From NCBI GenBank assembly GCA_043720065.1, contig JAYSTF010000074.1, forward strand, positions 2,634-66,633: a stretch of 64,000 nt of DNA, read 5' to 3'. Origin of the DNA: Pseudobdellovibrionaceae bacterium (lineage in GTDB: Bacteria; Bdellovibrionota; Bdellovibrionia; Bdellovibrionales; UBA1609). Numbering within the stretch: the stretch's first letter is position 1; each line of letters starts with the position of its first letter. A program made the position numbers and the translations under genes. The notes under the pieces are model-generated. The model was not told the DNA's origin and did not search any database. It was given only the letters and a program-made list of their open reading frames with translations. Of the stretch, positions 47,073 through 54,846 are shown piece by piece.

Positions 47073-47959
47073 GGTCGCGCTCCTTTTTCAGCATGAATCC
47101 GGTCAACGACTTTACGGCTTAACTCTTGGAGCTGTTCGGCATCATTAAGAGAAACTTTTGCCGATGCCGTTGCTCGCTTGAATTCGCGAAGCAGCGAAGA
47201 CAGATCAGGACCAACTGATTTGAAAAGGGACTTATGCCGTTTTTTAAGATCCTTCAAAACCGTGCTGATAGGCCACTCATCGGCCGGCACGACAAACTCT
47301 CTAGTTAAAAAATAGCGAAATGAATCGTCGAGCTGCTTCACATATTCTTCCGGCTTATCTGGATGCTGCCGTGTCAGCTGACGCAAAGTTTTATGAAACT
47401 CCGCGTAAGGCGTAAGAATTGTTCCTTTGGCCGCAAGCCGCGCCAGCAAGGCCTTTCGTGCCTTTTGCTTTTTCACACGCCGATAAATGAGCGTCGCAAT
47501 CAACAAAACCACCACACCAAGCGAGATCCAAACCCACATCGGCCAAAATAGAAAAATCGGGCCGATTGCTGGATAAGGCTCCGTTTTCTCGCCCTGTTTT
47601 TTTTCAATCACGGAGCCGAGCGTCCACTCTAAATTTCGCGCTCTGACTGTAGTTGTCCCATCAGTAATATCAATCCACTCTGGCTTATGTTGCCCGGGCT
47701 TGTATCCCGCCACGATCCACTCGCCGTCATTCACTGTGCTTTTTTTCGCTTGAATAATGGCAAGACTAAATTCTTGTTCAGGAACTGGAAACTTTAGCTG
47801 AGGTGACGCTTTCCAATCAGGAACCGTTGGACCGGCACATTTTAAGAGAAGCTTCGTGCCGACCGTGGCTTCAGCTGGAGGACTACCTTGTTCAGTGGTG
47901 AGCTTACATTCCCACTCGACAGGTGGCGGGGTGGGCGCTGGCGCGATAGGTTCACTCAT
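47069..47959 (-). CDS. Hypothetical single-pass membrane protein at the operon position usually held by DUF4381
   Basis: 296 aa with a central TM helix (IFLFWPMWVWISLGVVVLLIATLIY). It overlaps both neighbours by 4 nt. Confidence 0.5.
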   Translation of the reverse strand: MSEPIAPAPTPPPVEWECKLTTEQGSPPAEATVGTKLLLKCAGPTVPDWKASPQLKFPVPEQEFSLAIIQAKKSTVNDGEWIVAGYKPGQHKPEWIDITDGTTTVRARNLEWTLGSVIEKKQGEKTEPYPAIGPIFLFWPMWVWISLGVVVLLIATLIYRRVKKQKARKALLARLAAKGTILTPYAEFHKTLRQLTRQHPDKPEEYVKQLDDSFRYFLTREFVVPADEWPISTVLKDLKKRHKSLFKSVGPDLSSLLREFKRATASAKVSLNDAEQLQELSRKVVDRIHAEKGARP

Positions 47960-48831
47960 CGCCGCGTTCTCCGGTGGAAAAATTGAACCAGAGGTTGAAC
48001 GATGTCCGCATCGGTTAAAATATCAATACGTTCCACTTGAGCGCGGCGTAGCTCCTGGTCGCGCAATTCTTTCCGGTCGCGCATGAGTTTTTCATATTCA
48101 CGCCGAACGGCACTGCTGCCTGAGTCGAGGGAAATGATTTCTCCCGTCTCCGGATCCTCGATATCAATAAGACCGAGATTGGGGAGGCGAACCTCACTTG
48201 GATCGGCTACAACAACAGCTATAGTTTCATGCTTCTTGCCAACCATGCGAAGGGCGTGGTCGAAGCCGCTATCCAAGAAGTCGCTAAAAATAAAAACATT
48301 TGAGCGCTTTTTTAAAACGCCTTGAAGGAATTCAATGGCCGACGCGATCTTCGTGCCGCGGGATTTTGGTTTGAAATAATAAAGATCGCGCAAAATACGG
48401 TGAATTTGCCCGCGCCCTTTTTTTGGCGGTACGTAAAGCTCGACTTGATCCGAGAAAAGCAAAAGCCCGACCGGATCTTTGTTTTTCACGGCAGAAAAGC
48501 TTAGAAGTGCTGCCAAATGGGTGATCACTTCACCTTTAAAATATGTCTTCGTTCCAAAGTCTTCGGAGCCGCTTACATCAACGGCAAGCATAAGCGTGTT
48601 TTCCCGCTCCTCGTCGTACTTCTTGATGTAGGTCTTTCCAGTTCTTGCGGTGAGCGACCACGCAATGGAGCGCACGTCGTCGCCAGGCACGTACTCCCGA
48701 AATTCAGAAAAAGTCATCCCCTGACCCTTAAAGGCCGAGTGATATTCTCCGGCGAAGATGTTGTTCACCATGCGCCGAGTGCTGATCTCCAGCAGTTTTA
48801 CTTTTTTGAGAATCTCTGGGGGAAGCGACAT
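47956..48831 (-). CDS. DUF58 domain-containing protein
   Basis: 291 aa. GEYHSAFKGQGMTFSEFREYVPGDDVRSIAW is the DUF58 signature. It follows a MoxR ATPase. Confidence 0.85.
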   Translation of the reverse strand: MSLPPEILKKVKLLEISTRRMVNNIFAGEYHSAFKGQGMTFSEFREYVPGDDVRSIAWSLTARTGKTYIKKYDEERENTLMLAVDVSGSEDFGTKTYFKGEVITHLAALLSFSAVKNKDPVGLLLFSDQVELYVPPKKGRGQIHRILRDLYYFKPKSRGTKIASAIEFLQGVLKKRSNVFIFSDFLDSGFDHALRMVGKKHETIAVVVADPSEVRLPNLGLIDIEDPETGEIISLDSGSSAVRREYEKLMRDRKELRDQELRRAQVERIDILTDADIVQPLVQFFHRRTRR

Positions 48832-48836
48832 GACGT

Positions 48837-49826
48837 TTAAGGCACCTCAATATGATTGAGAATGTCCTTGATCACCTCATCGGCCGTAATGTTTTCCGCT
48901 TCCGCTTCATAGGTCAGGATCAAGCGATGGCGAAGAACGTTGTAGGCCACGGCCTTCACGTCCTCTGCCGTGACATAGCCACGCGAGCGAATAAACGCAT
49001 GCGCTTTCGCAGCTCTCGTAAGACTTATCGTGGCACGCGGACTGCCGCCCACCTTAATCAATGTTTGAAGATTCGCCATGCCGTACTTTTCTGGCTGTCT
49101 CGTCGTCATCACGATTTCAACAATGTAGGCTTTGATTTTCTCGTCGACGTACACTTGGTCGCTGCGCTCTTTTGCTGTCATCAATTCCTCGCGACTAATC
49201 ACCGTCTGCATTTCAGGAATCGAATCAGAGGACATCTTGTTCAATATTTGAAGCTCTTCGTCTTTTTTCGGATAAGTGATAAGGAGCTTAAACATGAAGC
49301 GATCCATCTGGGCTTCGGGAAGTGGATAAGTTCCCTCTTGCTCAAGCGGGTTTTGCGTCGCCAGCACCAAGAACGGGCGATCCAGCGGATAAGTCGTATC
49401 ACCAATAGTGACTTGTCTTTCCGCCATGCACTCTAAGAGCGCGCTCTGCACTTTCGCCGGTGCCCGGTTGATCTCGTCCGCCAAAACGATGTTCGTAAAG
49501 ATCGGGCCCTTTCGCGGCACGAACTCCCCCGTTTTCGGATTAAAAATCATAGTTCCGATCAAATCCGTTGGTAGTAAGTCCGGAGTAAACTGAATGCGCT
49601 GGAAGTTTAACGAAATAGCTTTCGCCATTGTTGAAATCGTTAGCGACTTCGCCAGTCCCGGCACACCCTCAATCAACACGTGACCACCCGTGAGCATGCC
49701 CATTAAAATGCCTTCCAGCATTTCTCTTTGGCCGACTACCACTTTGTTTACTTCTAAAAAAGCCCGTTCGACGAATTGACTGTCTTTTTTGATGGCCTCA
49801 TTTAAAGCCAAGATATCCACTTGCAC
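48837..49826 (-). CDS. moxR: MoxR-family AAA+ ATPase
   Basis: 329 aa. Walker A-equivalent GHVLIEGVPGLAKS, Walker B LADEINRAPAKVQSALLE, and a MoxR-type C-terminal lid. Confidence 0.9.
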   Translation of the reverse strand: MQVDILALNEAIKKDSQFVERAFLEVNKVVVGQREMLEGILMGMLTGGHVLIEGVPGLAKSLTISTMAKAISLNFQRIQFTPDLLPTDLIGTMIFNPKTGEFVPRKGPIFTNIVLADEINRAPAKVQSALLECMAERQVTIGDTTYPLDRPFLVLATQNPLEQEGTYPLPEAQMDRFMFKLLITYPKKDEELQILNKMSSDSIPEMQTVISREELMTAKERSDQVYVDEKIKAYIVEIVMTTRQPEKYGMANLQTLIKVGGSPRATISLTRAAKAHAFIRSRGYVTAEDVKAVAYNVLRHRLILTYEAEAENITADEVIKDILNHIEVP

Positions 49827-49891
49827 GGTTGTAAACTCCTATGCTGAAAAACCTGGTGAGAATCTGAAGTCCCCCATTATCACTCAAGTGG

Positions 49892-50782
49892 ATGGAGCTT
49901 GTCACTTCACCCAGACGAGCTGTAGATTTAAAGTCGATGAAAGCACAGTTGTTACGGTCTAGCCTTTTGCTCGGATGCCTGGTGATTCTTGTTATTGGCT
50001 TTGGCCAAAAGTTTGGGCATCGCGATGCATTTGTTTTGTCCGTCACGTTAGCGCTCAGCATCATAGGTATTTTTCTATGGTATGGGGATCTTCGTCTAGT
50101 GCCTTTGCTGCAGGTTGAGGAGCTTGAAGGTCATGATCCCTGGGGTCTAAGAAAAAAACTTGCCGCCTTAAGTGAAAAAGCCCGGATCGATATGCCCCGG
50201 GTTTTTGTAATTCCTAGCGAGACGCCACAAGCTCTGGCTGTTGGCCGCTCGCAACGTAGCGGAAAAATATTTCTGACGCTTGGACTGCTTAAATTATTAA
50301 CTCCAGAAGAGCTCAATTCGGTTTTAGCGTACAATTTATTTACCATTAAGAATCGCTCTACTTTGTCGTTCACCATTGGAAGCGCAATGGCAGACGCGGT
50401 TCTAAGTATTGGCGGCGGCATTGATTGGCTATTTAACTGGCTGCTCGGATCTGGCCACCATTCCGCGCGGCGGCGAGTGCAAATTGCGACCTGGCTAGTG
50501 GCCCCGGTCGCCGCGGTTTTAGTTCGTTTATCCGTTGGCAAGATCGCATATTTGCAAGCGGATCGCGATACGGCCCGGCTTCTCGGCGAGGGACGCACCC
50601 TGGCAAGCGTGCTGTGGAAACTTCAATCTTATGCACTGACTCAGGCTTTTCCTATCTCTCCTGCCACATCTCATTTCTTTATGGTCAACCCCTTGACGAC
50701 AAACCGTTGGGGTCGATACTTTCACGCCCATCCGCAAATTCGAGAGCGGATTCAAAATCTGATCGGGCATTATCCGATCTAA
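49892..50782 (+). CDS. HtpX/M48-family peptidase homolog lacking the zinc-binding motif (predicted inactive)
   Basis: 296 aa (alternative start ATG 49937, MKAQLLRSS..). M48 topology and blocks are conserved: PRVFVIPSETPQALAVGRS, FLTLGLLKLLTPEELNSVLA, ADRDTARL. The HExxH position reads YNLFT (50330..50344), and the downstream Glu ligand region reads AYLQAD. Confidence 0.6.
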   Translation: MELVTSPRRAVDLKSMKAQLLRSSLLLGCLVILVIGFGQKFGHRDAFVLSVTLALSIIGIFLWYGDLRLVPLLQVEELEGHDPWGLRKKLAALSEKARIDMPRVFVIPSETPQALAVGRSQRSGKIFLTLGLLKLLTPEELNSVLAYNLFTIKNRSTLSFTIGSAMADAVLSIGGGIDWLFNWLLGSGHHSARRRVQIATWLVAPVAAVLVRLSVGKIAYLQADRDTARLLGEGRTLASVLWKLQSYALTQAFPISPATSHFFMVNPLTTNRWGRYFHAHPQIRERIQNLIGHYPI

Positions 50783-50800
50783 CGACAGTAGCGAGGCGAT

Positions 50801-51055
50801 GTGGCAAACGCTCCCTTAACCCCAAGTTTTTCTACCCTTGTTTTATCGATTGGTTCGTCCGCCGCTATGGCGATGGGCCTAGCGCCAAATCCAACAACAG
50901 AAAAAGCGGAAAAGGATTTGGATATGGCAAGATTTCATATCGACTTGTTGGTTCTCCTTCAGGAGAAGACCAAAAACAATTTGGCATCGGAAGAGCAAAA
51001 CTTCCTCGAGTCGGTCATCAGTGATTTGCAGATGAAATTCGTCCAGCTCAAATAG
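50801..51055 (+). CDS. DUF1844 domain-containing protein
   Basis: 84 aa. FSTLVLSIGSSAAMAMGL ... DLDMARFHIDLLVLLQEKTKNNL..EE..L matches the DUF1844 pattern. Confidence 0.65.
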   Translation: MANAPLTPSFSTLVLSIGSSAAMAMGLAPNPTTEKAEKDLDMARFHIDLLVLLQEKTKNNLASEEQNFLESVISDLQMKFVQLK

Positions 51056-51084
51056 GTCTGTGGGCGTAGGCTATAGGAGAAAAT

Positions 51085-52548
51085 ATGAAACTGTTAATCT
51101 CATCCTTTTTATTATTAGGCCTAGCGATTGGTAGCGCGGTTGAACTCGCAAAGCGCGATATTTTGCCAGCCGCCACTGCCCAAGCCACAGCGACGTTACC
51201 GAAACTCAAAGAGGGCGAAGCGCTGCCGCACGATTTATTTGTAAAGCTGAATAAATTAATTAATCCAACGGTCGTGAATATATCTACCAGTTATTTGCCA
51301 CAACAGCTTAAGCGCGATCCAAGACGGCGCGGGCAACAAGATCCTTTCCAAGACTTTTTCGAACAATTCATGGGTCCAATGGGACCAATGCAACAAAAAC
51401 CTGCGGAGTCTCTTGGAACTGGCTTTATCATCCGCGAAGACGGCTTGATCATTACAAACAATCACGTAATCGATAAAGCCGATGCGGTAAAAGTTCAGAT
51501 TAACGAAAAAGAAGAACCGCTGGTCGCCAAGGTCATCGGGCGCGACGCTAAAACGGATATCGCCCTTTTAAAGATTGAAGCGAAAAAGCCTTTGCCGGTC
51601 GCAAGGCTTGGAAGCAGCGCGGATCTACAAGTCGGCGAATGGGTGGCCGCGTTCGGCAACCCTTACGGTCACGGCCACACGATGACTAAAGGAATTGTCT
51701 CTGCCATTAATCGTGAAATAGATGAGATCAATTTGAATCCCTTTTTGCAGACCGACGCGAGCATTAACCCTGGTAACTCAGGGGGGCCGCTTGTGAACAC
51801 TCAAGGACTCGTCATTGGAGTCAATACGGCGATCGACCCGAGAGCCCAAGGGATTGGCTTTGCGATTCCTATCGATTTCGTAAAAAATATTTTGGCCCAG
51901 CTTGAAAAAGAAGGCACCGTTCGCCGTGGCTTCATCGGAATTCAAATGGGAGAGCTCGACGAACAAGTCGCGGCTTACTTAAAATTAAAGAGCACGGAAG
52001 GTGCGTTTGTGATTCAAGTCGTGCCGGGCTCACCTGCGGACCGCGCTGGCTTTAAAGAGTACGATGTCATCGTCGAAATGGAAGGCCAAAAAATTAAATC
52101 TTGGCGCGAAGTGCAGAAAATTATTGCGCGCGCCACCATCGGCCGCGAGCTTTCGGCAAAGGTATTGCGCAATGGAAAGTCCATTGCGCTGAATATCAAA
52201 GTCGGCGACCAACCTGACGAATTGCGGCTTTCCGAACAACCTCGCAAACAATATGAAGGCCAAAAAGCGCCGTTTAATCTCGGGTTCCGCATTGCCGACT
52301 ACACTCCCCAACTTGGCCAAGAGTTTGGCATCCCACCACTACGCCAAGCGGGCCCGATCGTACTTGAAGTGGATCAGGGCAGTATTGCTATGATGAGCGG
52401 CCTTGAGCCCGGCGATGTGATTTTAGATGTGAATCTTGTTCGCGTTTTGCGGGCTAAGGATTTCCTAAAAGTTCTTAAAAAAGACGGCAGCGTTTTGCGG
52501 GTATTAAAGCGCAACGGAGTTGTGCTGCTGCAGCTAAAGCCGCGGTAA
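51085..52548 (+). CDS. htrA: Periplasmic serine endoprotease, DegP/HtrA (Do) family, two PDZ domains
   Basis: 487 aa. Signal peptide. Catalytic triad contexts TNNHVI, TDIALLKI and GNSGGPL. Two PDZ-like regions follow. Confidence 0.9.
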   Translation: MKLLISSFLLLGLAIGSAVELAKRDILPAATAQATATLPKLKEGEALPHDLFVKLNKLINPTVVNISTSYLPQQLKRDPRRRGQQDPFQDFFEQFMGPMGPMQQKPAESLGTGFIIREDGLIITNNHVIDKADAVKVQINEKEEPLVAKVIGRDAKTDIALLKIEAKKPLPVARLGSSADLQVGEWVAAFGNPYGHGHTMTKGIVSAINREIDEINLNPFLQTDASINPGNSGGPLVNTQGLVIGVNTAIDPRAQGIGFAIPIDFVKNILAQLEKEGTVRRGFIGIQMGELDEQVAAYLKLKSTEGAFVIQVVPGSPADRAGFKEYDVIVEMEGQKIKSWREVQKIIARATIGRELSAKVLRNGKSIALNIKVGDQPDELRLSEQPRKQYEGQKAPFNLGFRIADYTPQLGQEFGIPPLRQAGPIVLEVDQGSIAMMSGLEPGDVILDVNLVRVLRAKDFLKVLKKDGSVLRVLKRNGVVLLQLKPR

Positions 52549-52672
52549 TTTAGCGGCCCGACCCGGGCGGCTTTCGAACAAGGTCAACATTGAGGTTGCC
52601 GATTTCGCTGCCGCTGCGGAAGTGACTCGCAGAAAAATTCTCCGCGCGGAGAAAGTTCTGCGCCATAATTGT

Positions 52673-52756
52673 ACCCTCGGCGCCGATAGGGCGAACGCAT
52701 CTAATTATTAAATAAATTCAAACGCTTAGGGCATAGGCCTTGTTTTTCCCTGGGAA
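52673..52756. repeat. Left arm of an 84-bp imperfect inverted repeat
   Basis: By manual alignment, 70 of 84 positions match the reverse complement of 54208..54291. A perfect 18-nt core, agggcgaacgcatctaat, lies at 52688..52705. Confidence 0.8.
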
Positions 52757-52835
52757 CTGAACCTACAGGTCGACTTACTAATCCTCGAGGGCACAGGAGA
52801 GCCGCTGTAAAATAACATTTATTTATATAATAATA

Positions 52836-52985
52836 TCATCTAGTGCTGCGTCTTTCACCATCGAGCGCATTCGCTTGGCAATTTTTTGTAGCTTTCGCGG
52901 TGGCGGCTGCGGATTTCGATTCAGCTGCTTCGCTTGCCTTTGAGCCTTGGAAGAGAAAAATTGAGAGTACAAAAAGAGGTTTCAT
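52836..52985 (-). CDS. Candidate small secreted peptide (49 aa)
   Basis: MKPLFVLSIFLFQGSKASEAAESKSAAATAKATKNCQANALDGERRSTR. The N-terminus is signal-like, and GAGGTG lies 3-4 nt upstream of the ATG. It is divergent from the HNH gene. Supported only by ORF/SD logic. Confidence 0.25.
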   Translation of the reverse strand: MKPLFVLSIFLFQGSKASEAAESKSAAATAKATKNCQANALDGERRSTR

Positions 52986-53246
52986 GTGCACCTCGTAATT
53001 CGCCCCTCCTCCCTCTGAATTGGCCTGCACAAATATTTTTTGTTGACGGGCTTTCGCGCCCCCTAGTCTTGTTATTACTCAGTTTATTTTTGAATTTGCT
53101 TTTGAAAGCCATTCTACGGCAAAGGAACCCGACATACTTGCTTTTAAACTCAACGGCGAGCTCCGCAGTGTCACGCTCGGCGGCCTCGGGAAATTCATTT
53201 TTAAAACATGTAGTAGATTCTTTTAAATTCGTGAAGGAGGAATTTA

Positions 53247-54134
53247 ATGTCACAGCCACTTAGTGAAAACCAGCTCGAGTTACATGAGCGCGCCATTCAA
53301 TTAAGTTTTGAATATCGCCGTCTCGAGGGCGAACTGATTTTAATCTTAGACGAAATTGATCAGCAGAAGTTTTTTAAACGATTAGGATATGCAAGTCTAT
53401 TTACTTACGCCGTTGGCGCCTTGGGACTAAGTGAAGCCAATGCTTACGCTTTTATTTCTGTAGCTCGTAAGAGTCGTGAAATCCCGGAGTTAAAGATCGC
53501 TGTGATTGAACAAAAAATCACAGTTGCTAAGGCTAGTCGGATTGTAGCGGCAATCAATAAAGAGAACGCGCCCGAATTGGTTAAATTCGCACAGACGCAC
53601 ACCACCCGCCAGACTGAAATTGAAGTGGCGCGCCTTCAGCCAAGCGCTGCCGTTTCTGATAAAATTAGGTTTAAGGGTGAAGATCTTGTTCAGCTTGAGT
53701 GCGGAATCACCAAAGGCACCCATGAAAAACTTGAACGGGTAAAGGCACTATTAGCGGCGAAGGGTCAATTTAGTCTGGACAACGTTTTATCAGAAGTTCT
53801 GGACGATTACTTGACACGACATGATCCAGTGAGGAAGGCCGAGCGTGCACTTGCGAAGAGCCCGAAAACTAAAAAGCTCTGCGCGCTCAGAGTTCAAACA
53901 AGTTCGAAACGAGCACCACTTCCCGCGCGCACCAAACATCAGGTCCATGCGCGAGATCAAGGGCGTTGTACTCATATAAATGCAAATGGCGAGCGCTGTG
54001 CTAATGATAGATGGATTGAACTTCATCATGTCCGACCTGTAAGCATAGGGGGCAGCAATGAGGTGAAAAATCTAACGACGCTTTGTGGTTTTCATCATGA
54101 CTTGGTTCACCAATTGAGTTTTTCGCTGCCGTGA
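53247..54134 (+). CDS. HNH endonuclease with an N-terminal DUF222-like helical domain
   Basis: 295 aa. The RBS-like GAAGGAGG precedes the ATG. The C-terminus RCTHINANGERCANDRWIELHHVRPVSIGGSNEVKNLTTLCGFHHDLVH is an HNH (His-Me finger) motif. The N-terminal ~130 aa resemble DUF222. Confidence 0.8.
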   Translation: MSQPLSENQLELHERAIQLSFEYRRLEGELILILDEIDQQKFFKRLGYASLFTYAVGALGLSEANAYAFISVARKSREIPELKIAVIEQKITVAKASRIVAAINKENAPELVKFAQTHTTRQTEIEVARLQPSAAVSDKIRFKGEDLVQLECGITKGTHEKLERVKALLAAKGQFSLDNVLSEVLDDYLTRHDPVRKAERALAKSPKTKKLCALRVQTSSKRAPLPARTKHQVHARDQGRCTHINANGERCANDRWIELHHVRPVSIGGSNEVKNLTTLCGFHHDLVHQLSFSLP

Positions 54135-54207
54135 GAGATGCACATTAGCTGGCGGCAACGGAACACAACGTGCGGGACCTTGCCCCGCTTGTACCTGCCC
54201 GCGGGCG

Positions 54208-54291
54208 TCCCTAGGGCTAAACAAGACATATCCCCTATACGTTTGAACCTATTTAATTATTAGATGCGTTCGCCCTTTCGGCGCAGAGGGT
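54208..54291. repeat. Right arm of the 84-bp imperfect inverted repeat
   Basis: Reverse complement of 52673..52756 with 14 mismatches. The perfect core attagatgcgttcgccct lies at 54259..54276. Confidence 0.8.
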
Positions 54292-54451
54292 GGACGCGCG
54301 TCACATGCCATCCATATTCACCCTTTAATACGCTTCAAACTGAGAATAAGTGCGGGCCCGACCGCTTAGCCTTAAGTCTAGGGCGTAAGTAGCCGTAAAG
54401 ATTATAACAGCACTAGAACGCACCTTTGGCATCAGCTTAGGAGTTGTAGCC

Positions 54452-54757
54452 ATGAAGATCACCGAAGTGAAAGTCTTCCTTGTGAACGAAGACCGCCTTA
54501 AAGCCTACATCACCATAACGCTCGATGACTGTTTCGTTGTTCGTGATTTGAAAGTCATTCGTGGCAATGAAGGTTTGTTTGTGGCAATGCCGTCTAAGAA
54601 ACGCAAAGACGGACAGTTCAAAGACATTGCTCACCCGCTCAATCAGGAAACGCGAGCTGAGATAGAAAAAGCTGTCTTTGACGCCTATGAAGCTGAGGTG
54701 CGGGCCATGGAAAGTTCGCTGACCGATATCAAGCGCGACGATCACGACGGTCCGTAA
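54452..54757 (+). CDS. spoVG: Septation protein SpoVG
   Basis: 101 aa. MKITEVKVFLVNEDRLKAYITITLDDCFVVRDLKVIRGNEGLFVAMPSKK is near-canonical SpoVG. GGAG lies upstream of the ATG. Confidence 0.9.
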   Translation: MKITEVKVFLVNEDRLKAYITITLDDCFVVRDLKVIRGNEGLFVAMPSKKRKDGQFKDIAHPLNQETRAEIEKAVFDAYEAEVRAMESSLTDIKRDDHDGP

Positions 54758-54846
54758 GTGCCTTTTCGGGGCAAATCAGTCCTGAAGCGCTTTAAATAAA
54801 ATACGCGATACTTGAAACCAGCGGCAGAATATCTATTATACGTAAT

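Larger units (their letters stand above)
52673..54291. mobile_element. Candidate inverted-repeat-bounded HNH cassette (putative insertion between htrA and spoVG)
   Basis: The 84-bp inverted-repeat arms lie 80 nt and 74 nt beyond the stops of two divergent ORFs. The interior is AT-rich (e.g. 52810..52845 aaataacatttatttatataataatatcatc). Housekeeping genes sit on both sides. No recognisable transposase or integrase is present. Confidence 0.35.

Noticed and set aside
45437-47148. Plus-strand ORFs of 179 aa (45437..45976) and 144 aa (46714..47148).
   Set aside because: They are antisense to batB and batA, whose VWA MIDAS motifs are clear. Their composition is Ser/Thr/Ala-rich and typical of antisense frames.
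48852-49436. 194-aa plus-strand ORF.
   Set aside because: It is antisense to the MoxR AAA+ ATPase gene and shows no motifs.
50131-50770. Minus-strand ORFs of 155, 67 and 80 aa.
   Set aside because: They are antisense to the HtpX-like gene, whose M48 family blocks support the plus-strand frame.
52921-53263. ORFs 52921..53259 (minus, 112 aa) and 52934..53263 (plus, 109 aa) in the cassette's central AT-rich region.
   Set aside because: They mutually overlap, have low-complexity translations, and have no RBS or motif support. The region is more plausibly the divergent promoter region of the HNH gene and the small ORF.
52603-54131. 11-nt direct repeat tttcgctgccg (52603 and 54121), and 10-nt inverted match tctagtgctg (52848 and 54409), considered as possible cassette boundaries.
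   Set aside because: They are not collinear with the 84-bp inverted-repeat arms: one copy lies inside and the other outside. Matches this short are expected by chance in 64 kb.
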